Shown in pieces: positions 8,103-16,730 of a DNA stretch of 32,000 bases (position 1 is the first letter of the stretch; each line of letters begins with the position of its first letter). The notes below the pieces were generated by a model that did not search any database, was not told the origin of the DNA, and saw nothing but the letters and a program-made list of their open reading frames with translations. Location: assembly GCF_002075285.3 (NCBI RefSeq), contig NZ_CP021983.2, forward strand, positions 4,890,001 to 4,922,000. Direction: 5' to 3'. Origin of the DNA: Halomicronema hongdechloris C2206 (GTDB taxonomy: Bacteria; Cyanobacteriota; Cyanobacteriia; Phormidesmidales; Phormidesmidaceae). The position numbers and the translations under genes are program-made.

Positions 8103-8852
8103 ATGATCACCGTCGTCGCTGGCCCCTGTGGCGCAGGCAAAACGACCTGGATTCTGCAGGAACTGGCTCAGATGCCGACGCCTGCGGTTTACGTCACGCC
8201 GGGAGTTGGTACGGTGCCCATTGATGCGACTCGCGTGACGGCGCGGTTTCCCAAAGTCGAAATCTTCCATCGCCAGCCTGAAACGGAACTGCTGCAACGC
8301 CTATCAGCTGGGATACCCGTCTATTTTGAGTTGGGCTTTCAGCTAGAAACGGATATCCCATTGTTGGAAAATCGACCTCACCGCCGGGTGGCGCTGGTGG
8401 CTCAGGAGAATCGCGATGCGGGCTGGCAACTGTGGGCCAATGCGGTGATTCAGGGCAATCAATCGACCCTTGACCTGCAAGCGGCTCAGATGTGGCGGGC
8501 ACCGTTGAGCGGTCAGGTGTTCGACCCGCCCAGCCTGGATACCTTCTGGCAGGAGTTGACCCAGGGTGCCTATGGCGAGGTGCATCGGGCCAAAGGCATT
8601 TTTGAGCTGGCCGATGGTCAAGCGTTCCATTTTGATTTTGTGAACAGCCTGCCCGGTAGCGCCTACACCGAACTCAATCTACCCCGCTGGGTACAGGGGC
8701 GTCCCAATCGATTCAGTGGCATTGAGGTCGTGGGGCAGGGGCTGGATGAAGGGGCAATCGCCACCACCCTGAAGGACTGCTATTTATCCGACTCGCTCCT
8801 GGCCTCCTATCAGGCATCCCTGCAAGATTCTCACTCTCTGGAGGTGGCATGA
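8103..8852 (+). CDS. Divergent CobW/COG0523-like P-loop protein lacking the CxCC motif
   Basis: It has the Walker A motif GPCGAGKTT and a CobW_C-like C-terminus, EVHRAKGIFELADGQAFHFDFV. There is no GCICC motif, and the G domain is shortened. Confidence 0.55.
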   Translation: MITVVAGPCGAGKTTWILQELAQMPTPAVYVTPGVGTVPIDATRVTARFPKVEIFHRQPETELLQRLSAGIPVYFELGFQLETDIPLLENRPHRRVALVAQENRDAGWQLWANAVIQGNQSTLDLQAAQMWRAPLSGQVFDPPSLDTFWQELTQGAYGEVHRAKGIFELADGQAFHFDFVNSLPGSAYTELNLPRWVQGRPNRFSGIEVVGQGLDEGAIATTLKDCYLSDSLLASYQASLQDSHSLEVA

Positions 8853-9667
8853 ATATCGCCGTTCTGTCCTGCATCCACGGCAACCTGGAAGCGTTGGAAG
8901 CCGTCCTGCGGGAGATTGACCAGCAGGACGTTGACCAGATCTACTGTCTGGGCGATCTAGTGGGTTATGGCCCTTACCCTAACGAAGTCGTCGCCCGCAT
9001 TCGCGCACTCAACATTCCCACCTGTCAGGGCTGTTGGGATGAAGACATCGTTGACGGGCTAAATGCCTGCGACTGTAGCTATCCTTCCCTGCTGGCCGAA
9101 ACCCGAGGTCACCGAGCCCACGAGTGGACGAATCGCGAAGTCACCCTCGAAACCCGCACCTATTTGGCCAGTCTGCCCCTGATCCTGCAGCAGGAGAATC
9201 TGTGCTTCGTCCACGGCAGTCCCCACAGCCAGCACGAATATTTGCTGCCCGACACCAGTGCTTTCGTAGCTCTAGAACGAGTCCTCTTCACTGGAGCTGA
9301 TACCCTCTTCTGCGGTCACACCCACATTCCCTACGTGCGTCATCTGGAAAACAGTCACCTCACCCTCAAAGTTGCTTCCCCATCTACCCAGTCACCCACC
9401 TACTCTTCTAACACTCCATCCTCTCTCAAGCACATCATCAACGCCGGTTCCGTCGGAGAACCCCGCCATGGACGCCCCAACGCCACCTACGTCATCTACA
9501 ACACGGATGCCCAACAGGTAAAACTCCGCGAAGTCGAATACGACTTCACCAAAACTTGTGCCGCTATTCTCGAAAAAGGACTCCCTGCTATCTTCGCCTG
9601 GCGACTTTCAAAGGGGTTGGAATACGCCGAAAAAGCCGATGATCCAACTCACGTGTGTGAACGATAG
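8849..9667 (+). CDS. Metallophosphoesterase-family protein (YfcE/MJ0936-like) with Cys at usual metal-ligand positions
   Basis: Motifs LSCIHGN (usually SDIHGN), CLGDLVGYGP, QGCWDED (usually GN[HY]D), VHGSP, GHTH and INAGSVG. Its start overlaps the upstream stop (ATGA). Confidence 0.7.
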   Translation: MNIAVLSCIHGNLEALEAVLREIDQQDVDQIYCLGDLVGYGPYPNEVVARIRALNIPTCQGCWDEDIVDGLNACDCSYPSLLAETRGHRAHEWTNREVTLETRTYLASLPLILQQENLCFVHGSPHSQHEYLLPDTSAFVALERVLFTGADTLFCGHTHIPYVRHLENSHLTLKVASPSTQSPTYSSNTPSSLKHIINAGSVGEPRHGRPNATYVIYNTDAQQVKLREVEYDFTKTCAAILEKGLPAIFAWRLSKGLEYAEKADDPTHVCER

Positions 9668-9669
9668 CG

Positions 9670-10419
9670 ATGACTCACTGGGCCATTCTCTCCGGCATCA
9701 ACGGCAACCTCCCCGCCTACGAAGCGGTGCTCGTTGACCTCAAACGGCTGCGCTGTGAGGTCGAAGCGCTTTATATTCTGGGCGATCTCGTCGGCCCTCA
9801 TTCACAATGTGAAGCGTTGGTGCAACGGGTGCGTCAGCCCCGCAAGCATGAACTCACGCCGCAGGTCTGTATCGGCTGGTGGGAGGAGCAGTGTTTCAAC
9901 TTGCACGGTATGGGCAATGATCCGGAGGCAACCGAGTTGTTGAAGCAGACTGGCACAGATGGGGTTGAACGCCTCTGGAAATCGGTGTCGCGGCAAACGG
10001 TGCAGTGGCTTAAGTCGCTGGATTTTGGCTTCTTTGAGCTGGATTGCCTGCTGATTCACGGCAGTACGGTGGGGTGCCATGACCGGCTGACGCCGGAAAC
10101 GCCGCCGATGCAACTGCTGGATCGACTGCTGCGGGCAGACGCCAAAACACTATTTTGTGGGCGATCTGGGTTAACGTTTCACCTGCAAATTCCAGAAGGG
10201 GCCGTGACCTCCACCGTGGCTACTCTAGATGCCCCAGCTCAGACAATGACTCAGACAGTACGCGATCGCCAGGTTGTTGGAGTTGGCAGTGTCGGCAAAG
10301 AACCGGGGAAGGCCACTTACACCCTGTACAGCCCATATACCAATGCAGTGAGTTTCAGAACGGTCCGCTATGGCGCCCAGGGTAAGGGATTTGGTTGGCA
10401 ATTGACAGACAAGAAGTGA
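9670..10419 (+). CDS. Degenerate metallophosphoesterase paralogue, probably non-catalytic
   Basis: It has the same fold markers (ILGDLVG, IHGS, GVGSVG). The metal ligands are replaced: LSGINGN for DxH, IGWWEE for GNxD, and CGRSG for GHTH. Confidence 0.6.
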   Translation: MTHWAILSGINGNLPAYEAVLVDLKRLRCEVEALYILGDLVGPHSQCEALVQRVRQPRKHELTPQVCIGWWEEQCFNLHGMGNDPEATELLKQTGTDGVERLWKSVSRQTVQWLKSLDFGFFELDCLLIHGSTVGCHDRLTPETPPMQLLDRLLRADAKTLFCGRSGLTFHLQIPEGAVTSTVATLDAPAQTMTQTVRDRQVVGVGSVGKEPGKATYTLYSPYTNAVSFRTVRYGAQGKGFGWQLTDKK

Positions 10420-10442
10420 ACCTCTAGCATGTTAAACGCATT

Positions 10443-10459
10443 AGAATAATAATCATTCT
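10443..10459. promoter_or_regulatory. Zur-type palindrome upstream of znuA
   Basis: AGAATAAT-A-ATCATTCT, 7 of 8 arm matches. It differs at one position from the box at 26636-26652. Confidence 0.75.
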
Positions 10460-10482
10460 CAAAAAAACAAGTCAGTTCTTTC

Positions 10483-11652
10483 ATGCATTTCAGGAGAACG
10501 CCCATGCCCCAGCTCTTCCCCTCTCGAACCGCTCTGTTGCTGGCAACCTCTGCGGCGATCACCCTTGGCCTGGGTAGTTGTGCCACCACCTCGCCTACCA
10601 GTGAGACGGAGTCTCCCGAATCTGAGGTGGCTGCCACTCCAGAAGATTCGTTGCAGGTGGTGACGACCATTCTGCCCATCACGCAGTTCACTACAGCGGT
10701 GGCGGGCGATCGCGCTGAGGTGGTGCAACTGCTTCCCACCAATGTGGGTCCCCACGAGTATCAGGCCAAACCCGGCGACGCCCAGGCGATCGCCAATGCC
10801 GACGTGCTGGTGAAAAATGGTCTGGAGATGGAATTCTTCCTGGATGACATGGTCGAGAACGCGGGAAATGCCGACCTGGTGGTCATCGACTCCAGCGAAG
10901 GCATTGCAACCCTGGCCAGTGCGGGTGACCACGGTCACGACCATGCCAAGGAAGACGGCCATGATCACGCTGAGGGTGAAGCCCACGATCATGCTGAAGG
11001 CGAAGCCCATGCCGAAGGCGAGGAGCATGATCACGCTGGCCACGGTCACGCCCATGGTGAATTTGATCCTCATGTTTGGCTAGATCCCAAACGGGCGATC
11101 GAGCAGGTAGAAAACATTCGGGATGGACTGATTGCGGCTGATCCAGGCGGCGAAGCCGAATATACCGCTAACGCTGAAGCCTTCATCGCCGAGTTAGAGA
11201 CTCTGGACACTGAAATTACTGAAAAGCTGGCTCCCTTTGCGGGACAGACCTTTGTGGTGTTCCACGACTTTGCCGCTTATTTTGCCGACAGTTATGGACT
11301 GCAAACCGAGACGCTGGTGGGTATTCCCGAAGAGAATCCGTCTCCTGAAGACGTGAAGCGAGTGATGGAAACGGTGCAGGCGGAAGGTCTGAAGACGATC
11401 CTAACGGAACCGCAGGCAGGACAGGAGTCTTTTGATGCGATCGCTAACGACCTCAACATCAAAGTCAGCGTATTCGACCCCCTTGAAACCGGGCCTGCCG
11501 ACGCGATTCAGCCTGACTACTACCTGAACACCATGCGCCAGAACGCCGATAATCTCGCGGCGTCCTTTGAGGCCTCTAATCAGGCGTGGCTAACGCTCTG
11601 GGTGCCCCAACCGGCGGCAGTTGTGCCCCAGCGGGTGGGTCTGCGGTTTTGA
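10483..11652 (+). CDS. znuA: Zinc ABC transporter substrate-binding lipoprotein with a His-rich loop
   Basis: It has the lipobox LGLGSC and the cluster-9 SBP motif FDPHVWLDP. The acidic/His loop is GDHGHDHAKEDGHDHAEGEAHDHAEGEAHAEGEEHDHAGHGHAHGE. The start could instead be Met8. Confidence 0.85.
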   Translation: MHFRRTPMPQLFPSRTALLLATSAAITLGLGSCATTSPTSETESPESEVAATPEDSLQVVTTILPITQFTTAVAGDRAEVVQLLPTNVGPHEYQAKPGDAQAIANADVLVKNGLEMEFFLDDMVENAGNADLVVIDSSEGIATLASAGDHGHDHAKEDGHDHAEGEAHDHAEGEAHAEGEEHDHAGHGHAHGEFDPHVWLDPKRAIEQVENIRDGLIAADPGGEAEYTANAEAFIAELETLDTEITEKLAPFAGQTFVVFHDFAAYFADSYGLQTETLVGIPEENPSPEDVKRVMETVQAEGLKTILTEPQAGQESFDAIANDLNIKVSVFDPLETGPADAIQPDYYLNTMRQNADNLAASFEASNQAWLTLWVPQPAAVVPQRVGLRF

Positions 11653-11683
11653 TGCCAGTTCAGTTCTGAGCAAGGAGCATGAC

Positions 11684-12448
11684 TTGAGCGATCCGGTTTT
11701 AGTTATTGAGGGGTTAACGGTTTACCGTGAAACTCACCGGGCTGTGGAGGATGTGTCTTTTGCGGTGCAACCCGGAACAGACACTGCCATCATCGGCCCC
11801 AACGGAGCCGGAAAAAGCACCCTGATTCAGGCGGTGCTGGGCATTTTGCCGCGCCAATCGGGGGACGTATTTGTGCTGGGGCATCCTCTATCTGCCAGGG
11901 GCTACTTACCGACAGCGGTGCGGCAACGCATTGCTTATTTGCCGCAAAACTTTTTGTTCGATCGTCGCATTCCCATCACCGCGTCTGAGCTGGTAGGGCT
12001 GGGCTGGGATCGGGTGGGACCACAATTCCCTTGGGTAGGCGGGCGAGCTCGTCGTCATGCGGTGCGAGCAGCGTTGTCGCAGGTGGAGGCCTGGCATCTG
12101 CGCGATCAACTGGTTAGTAGTCTATCGGGAGGAGAAACCAAACGGGTGCTGCTGGCCTATTGTCTGGTGCGTCCCCGCTCCCTGCTGATTTTGGATGAAG
12201 CTCCAGCAGGGTTGGATGCCCGCAGTGAATCTGATTTTTATCAGTTGCTCTATCAACTGAAGCAGGAACAGGGGTGGGCGATTTTGCAGATTTCCCATGA
12301 TCTGGATATGGTGCGTCGCAATTGCGATCGCGTCCTTTGCCTCAACCGCACCTTGCTTTGCCAAGGGGTTCCTGGTCACGCCCTCTCGCCGGAAAACCTG
12401 TCGCTGGCCTATGGTTCCGAGTTTGTTCGTTATCACCATCGTTGTTAG
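11684..12448 (+). CDS. znuC: Zinc ABC transporter ATPase
   Basis: Motifs GPNGAGKST, LSGGE and LLILDEA. I chose the TTG start at 11684 because AAGGAG lies 6 nt upstream. The ORF-track start at 11621 overlaps znuA. Confidence 0.8.
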   Translation: MSDPVLVIEGLTVYRETHRAVEDVSFAVQPGTDTAIIGPNGAGKSTLIQAVLGILPRQSGDVFVLGHPLSARGYLPTAVRQRIAYLPQNFLFDRRIPITASELVGLGWDRVGPQFPWVGGRARRHAVRAALSQVEAWHLRDQLVSSLSGGETKRVLLAYCLVRPRSLLILDEAPAGLDARSESDFYQLLYQLKQEQGWAILQISHDLDMVRRNCDRVLCLNRTLLCQGVPGHALSPENLSLAYGSEFVRYHHRC

Positions 12449-12497
12449 GGGAATTGGGGAATGGGGAATGGGGAATGGGGAATGGGGAATGGGGTTA
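12448..12497. repeat. Tandem heptamer array (GGGGAAT), six full units plus one partial unit; STRR-like
   Basis: Read directly in the znuC-znuB spacer: GGGGAAT t GGGGAAT x5 GGGGTTA. Confidence 0.9.
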
Positions 12498-12519
12498 TTG
12501 ATTTTTATGGAGGGCGCGT

Positions 12520-13353
12520 ATGCCTACCGAACTCACCCGCGTTATCGAACTCTTTCAACTGTCCTTCATGCAACGGGCGCTGATGGGCGGCGTTTTGAGC
12601 GGACTCATGGGCGGCTTGCTGGGCAGCTTTACTATTCTCCGGCAGCTTTCTTTCTTCAGCGAGGCACTGGGAGAGTCAGCGCTGCTTGGCATCGGCATTG
12701 GGGTGTTGTTGGACTTCAATCCCTCCTGGTCGCTGTTGCCCTTTGCGGTGCTGTTTGCCCTGGGGGTGGCCTACTTTCTAGAACACACTCACCTCTGGAG
12801 TGATGCCTTATTGCAAATCGTTTGTTCATCGTCCCTGGCGCTAGGCATTATTCTGCTTAGTTTTCGGGACGAGTATCAGGGGGGCATCGCCGATCTGTTG
12901 TTTGGCGATATTCTGGCCGTGCAAACCGCTGATCTGATCTTCAGCACCCTGCTGTTGGCAGTATGTGCGGCGTTCATTGGCTTGACGCTGCGATCGCAAA
13001 TTCTCCTCACCCTGAATGAACCGATGGCGATTGCCCGTGGCGTGTCTGTCTCCGCCCAGCGCACCGCCTTCATTGTGCTGCTGGCTCTGGTTGTTGGCAT
13101 CTCCATCAAGGCGATCGGCGTCTTACTCATCAGCGCCTTTGTGGTGATTCCCGCCTGCGCCGCCCGCCTCCTCAGCCGCAAATTTTCTCACTACATCCTC
13201 ATCTCTGCTGGTCTAGGGGCCTTAAGTGCGGTCATCGGCATGATGGTGTCTGCCCTATTCGATTTACCCTCCGGTCCCAGCATTGTCACCGTTCAACTGG
13301 CCATTTTTCTGCTGACCATTCTGATCTCCAAAGCCCGCGTTCTGGCTTCCTGA
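12520..13353 (+). CDS. znuB: Zinc ABC transporter permease (ABC-3 family)
   Basis: A 277-aa polytopic protein directly after znuA and znuC, with ABC-3-type hydrophobic repeats. Confidence 0.8.
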   Translation: MPTELTRVIELFQLSFMQRALMGGVLSGLMGGLLGSFTILRQLSFFSEALGESALLGIGIGVLLDFNPSWSLLPFAVLFALGVAYFLEHTHLWSDALLQIVCSSSLALGIILLSFRDEYQGGIADLLFGDILAVQTADLIFSTLLLAVCAAFIGLTLRSQILLTLNEPMAIARGVSVSAQRTAFIVLLALVVGISIKAIGVLLISAFVVIPACAARLLSRKFSHYILISAGLGALSAVIGMMVSALFDLPSGPSIVTVQLAIFLLTILISKARVLAS

Positions 13354-13356
13354 ACC

Positions 13357-13648
13357 ATGCCCCAAATTCTTGATGCCCTGCCAACCCAACAGCCAAACAG
13401 AATCCTGTGCAGCTATCACAATCCGTCAGCTGACGTACAAATTGCTCAGATTTCCAACATTCCCCATTGGTATTTCGACCGCGTTATCTTTCCTGGCGAT
13501 TCGCTCCTCTTCGAGGCTGTTGCAGAGGCAACCCTGGAAATCTATAGCGGTGATTGGCATCACGACACGACTGGCCGATCATATTCCTTGCGATCGCTTG
13601 CAGATGGCAACACCGATTTCATCCACTGTTTTGAGGTCGATGAAATGA
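13357..13648 (+). pseudogene. DUF1830-family protein with a 1-nt frameshift near 13550
   Basis: Frame 1 gives ILCSYHNPSADVQIAQISNIPHWYFDRVIFPGDSLLFEA...LEIYSG. Frame 2 then gives IGITTRLADHIPCDRLQMATPISSTVLRSMK*, the expected DUF1830 C-terminus, which ends at 13648. Confidence 0.6.
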
Positions 13649-14655
13649 CTGCTTCATTATCAGAACTGATGCCCAAACGGGGAATGCCAGTGACCCTGAT
13701 TACCGGATTTTTGGGGAGCGGCAAGACCACGCTGCTGAACCACATTTTGACTAACCGCCAAGAGTTGAAGGTAGCGGTGCTGGTGAATGAATTTGGTGAC
13801 ATCAACATCGATAGCCAGCTGTTGGCGTCGGTGGAAGAAAACATGGTGGAGCTGAGCAACGGCTGCATCTGCTGCACGATTAACGACAGCCTGGTGGATG
13901 CGGTGTATGCCGTGCTGGAACGGGAAGAGCGGATGGACTATCTGGTGGTAGAAACCACGGGACTGGCCGACCCGCTACCCATCATGGTGACGTTTCTGAG
14001 TACGGAGCTGAAAGCCTTCACTCACCTGGATTCTGTCATTACTGTGGTAGATGCGGAAGCCTTTACAGAAGATCACTTCAGCAGTGATGCGGCACTCAGT
14101 CAGTTAATCTACGGCGACATTATCTTGCTGAACAAGGCCGATTTAGTACCAGAGTCTAAGCTAACCCAGTTAGAAGCCTACATTCACAGCATCAAAGAGC
14201 AGGCACGATTCCTGCGGTGTTCGCTGACGGCAGAAGCCGATGGGCTGCCCCTTTCTGCCTTGCTAGATGTGGGTTTGGCAGAGCCCCCGGTGTTGAGTCT
14301 GGACGTAGAGGAATGTCAGACATTCAACAGCACATCCCCCCACCTTACTCAGGATGGCTTTGTCTCGGTGCCGTTTAAGAGCGATCGCCCCTTCAACCTG
14401 ACTAGGTTCGAGCATTTCTTGATGGCCCAGATGCCCGTCGATGTGTTCCGGGCCAAAGGCATTCTCTGGTTCGAGGGCGAGGAAGAGCGTTTTATCTTTC
14501 AGCTCAGCGGCAAACGGTGCAGCATTACCCCCGAACCCTGGACCACCCCACCCCAAAATCAACTCGTGTTCATTGGTCGTCAGTTGAACCTCCTGCAACT
14601 GCACCAACACCTCACCAATTGTTTGGCCGGTAGTCGAGTCTCCCTACTGTCCTAG
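13645..14655 (+). CDS. COG0523 (CobW/ZigA/YeiR-like) metal-chaperone GTPase
   Basis: Motifs GFLGSGKTT, NGCICCT, ETTGLADP, NKAD and a CobW_C domain. The ATG at 13645 overlaps the DUF1830 stop (ATGA). Confidence 0.8.
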   Translation: MTASLSELMPKRGMPVTLITGFLGSGKTTLLNHILTNRQELKVAVLVNEFGDINIDSQLLASVEENMVELSNGCICCTINDSLVDAVYAVLEREERMDYLVVETTGLADPLPIMVTFLSTELKAFTHLDSVITVVDAEAFTEDHFSSDAALSQLIYGDIILLNKADLVPESKLTQLEAYIHSIKEQARFLRCSLTAEADGLPLSALLDVGLAEPPVLSLDVEECQTFNSTSPHLTQDGFVSVPFKSDRPFNLTRFEHFLMAQMPVDVFRAKGILWFEGEEERFIFQLSGKRCSITPEPWTTPPQNQLVFIGRQLNLLQLHQHLTNCLAGSRVSLLS

Positions 14656-14788
14656 CGAGAAGTGGCCAAACCCCGCTTGGGTTCCCTCTGGCATTGCCGG
14701 AATTACCCAGTGTCCGTGCCCCAAAGGCGTGTCCCACCCACGGGGGGAGTGCAAGCTTCCCCTTTTCTACCGTAGTTAGGACTGATTT

Positions 14789-15427
14789 ATGACCTTATCG
14801 ATTTCTCGTGACGATATTCGTTCAGGAACACTCAAAACCAAAGCTGAGCCCCCCGTCTCCGATCAGGAGATGGAGCAGGCCGTCCGTACCCTGCTGCTAG
14901 GTTTGGGTGAAGACCCCGATCGCGAAGGGCTGATCGACACCCCCAAGCGGGTCGTCAAAGCCCTGAAATTTCTCACCTCGGGCTATCACCAATCCCTGGG
15001 TGACCTGCTCAACGGCGCTGTCTTCCACGAAAACACCAACGAAATGGTGCTGGTGCGCGACATCGACCTGTTCAGTTCCTGCGAACATCACATCTTGCCG
15101 ATTCTGGGTCGCGCCCATGTGGCCTATATTCCCAACGGCAAGGTGATCGGCCTCTCCAAAATTGCCCGCATCTGCGAAATGTATGCCCGGCGTCTGCAAG
15201 TCCAGGAACGGCTCACCGCCCAGATTGCTGATGCCCTGGAAGGTTTGCTAAAACCCCAGGGCGTTGCCGTCGTCGTCGAAGCGAGCCACATGTGCATGGT
15301 CATGCGCGGCGTCCAAAAGCCCGGCTCCTGGACCACCACCAGCGCCATGCGCGGCGTCTTCGCCGCAGACCCCAAAACCCGCCAGGAGTTCATGAGTTTA
15401 ATTCGTCATAGTCCGAGTTTCCATTAG
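14789..15427 (+). CDS. folE: GTP cyclohydrolase I, type IA (zinc-dependent form)
   Basis: Motifs [18 protein letters not shown] and [11 protein letters not shown]. The Cys/His/Cys zinc ligands are retained. Confidence 0.9.
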   Translation: MTLSISRDDIRSGTLKTKAEPPVSDQEMEQAVRTLLLGLGEDPDREGLIDTPKRVVKALKFLTSGYHQSLGDLLNGAVFHENTNEMVLVRDIDLFSSCEHHILPILGRAHVAYIPNGKVIGLSKIARICEMYARRLQVQERLTAQIADALEGLLKPQGVAVVVEASHMCMVMRGVQKPGSWTTTSAMRGVFAADPKTRQEFMSLIRHSPSFH

Positions 15428-15438
15428 GGGAAAAAGGT

Positions 15439-15530
15439 CGGAGTGATGGAGTGATGGGGTGATGGAATAACTCCCCAACTCCCTTACTCCCTTACTCCCC
15501 GACTCCCCACCCATCCACCCATCCACCCTC
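15439..15530. repeat. Block of short tandem octamer repeats in the folE-COG0523 spacer
   Basis: GGAGTGAT x3, then CTCCC(C/T)NA x4-5, then CACCCATC x2-3, read directly. The C-rich motif CCCACCCATCCAC recurs before cysS at about 16700-16715. Confidence 0.8.
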
Positions 15531-15539
15531 ACTCTTCCC

Positions 15540-16613
15540 ATGCTAAAAACCTCCGACACCCACGACACCCGCCTCCCCGTCACCATCATCACGGGCTTTC
15601 TCGGCAGTGGCAAAACTACGCTGCTGAATCACATCCTCCAAAACTTCGATGCCTTTCGCGTTGCGGTGCTAGTGAATGAATTTGGTGACATCAATATCGA
15701 CAGTCAGTTTCTGGTCACCGTGGAGCAGGACATGGTGGAGCTGACCAACGGCTGCATCTGCTGCACCATCAACGATGACCTGATGCAAGCGGTATATCGA
15801 GTGCTGGAGAAACGGGACAGAATTGACTACCTTGTAGTCGAAACCACTGGCGTTGCCGACCCCCTACCCATTACCCTCACCTTCCTCGGCACCGAGCTGC
15901 GGGACATGACTCGACTCGACTCCATCCTGACGGTAATTGACGCCGAAACCTTTGAACCCGACTTATTCAACAGCCAGGCGGCGATGAGTCAGGTGGCCTA
16001 TGGCGATATTCTGCTGCTGAATAAAACCGACTTGGTCTCACCAGATCGTCTTGAGGCGGTGGAATCAGGGATTCGCACCTTCCGAGAAGATGTCAAGATT
16101 CTCCACGCTCAGCATGGCCGGGTACCCCTGCCGCTGATCATCGATGTGAAGGTGGGCGATCGCGGTCTGTATCAAGCCGTGGCCCAAGCTGATGCCGAGA
16201 AAGCGGCCCATGATCATGACCATCACTCCGAACACGAGGCTCACGACCACGGGCATCACGGGCATCATCACGACCACGATCATCCCCACGAACATCATCA
16301 CCATCACTCCGACCACCTGGATAACGATGGCTTTGTCTCGATGGCGTTCCGCTCCGATCAGCCCTTTGCCCTCAAGAAGTTTCAGCAGTTCCTTGACTAT
16401 CACTTGCCACCAGAACTGTTCCGCATGAAGGGGATTCTCTGGTTCAAAGAAAGCCCTGCCCGTCACTTTTTCCAGCTCACGGGTAAGCGGTTTCAGCTTG
16501 AAGACTCGGAATGGCCAGGATCACCCGGCACTCAACTCGTCTGCATTGGCCGAAATTTGGATCTCAAGGTGATGGAAGAAAAGTTGATGAACTGTGTTGC
16601 AGATGAGGATTAG
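15540..16613 (+). CDS. COG0523 metal-chaperone GTPase with a His-rich insert
   Basis: Motifs GFLGSGKTT and NGCICCT. The insert HDHDHHSEHEAHDHGHHGHHHDHDHPHEHHHHHSDH lies between the G domain and CobW_C. Confidence 0.85.
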   Translation: MLKTSDTHDTRLPVTIITGFLGSGKTTLLNHILQNFDAFRVAVLVNEFGDINIDSQFLVTVEQDMVELTNGCICCTINDDLMQAVYRVLEKRDRIDYLVVETTGVADPLPITLTFLGTELRDMTRLDSILTVIDAETFEPDLFNSQAAMSQVAYGDILLLNKTDLVSPDRLEAVESGIRTFREDVKILHAQHGRVPLPLIIDVKVGDRGLYQAVAQADAEKAAHDHDHHSEHEAHDHGHHGHHHDHDHPHEHHHHHSDHLDNDGFVSMAFRSDQPFALKKFQQFLDYHLPPELFRMKGILWFKESPARHFFQLTGKRFQLEDSEWPGSPGTQLVCIGRNLDLKVMEEKLMNCVADED

Positions 16614-16730
16614 GTTTTAGGTTCTGGGTTTCAGGTTTCAGGTTTTGGCTGGTATCAAGAAACCCGTTGCGGCATCTAGCACCCGATCCCCATCTACCCG
16701 CCCACCCATCCACTCGCCCACCTATTTCCC

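Noticed and set aside
12448-12497. Regularly spaced short repeats that could be taken for a CRISPR array (also 15439-15530)
   Set aside because: The units are 7-8 nt and directly tandem with no spacers. This is STRR-like microsatellite structure, not CRISPR.
13357-14655. A single 432-aa ORF suggesting a natural DUF1830-COG0523 fusion protein
   Set aside because: The DUF1830 homology continues in a second frame and ends at a TGA overlapping an in-frame ATG (ATGA at 13645-13648). A frameshift in a separate upstream gene explains the long ORF better than a real fusion.
14656-14788. A 130-nt GC-rich leader upstream of folE, examined as a possible ZTP or THF riboswitch
   Set aside because: I could not recognise the conserved cores of either riboswitch class. 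Only short generic hairpins are present.
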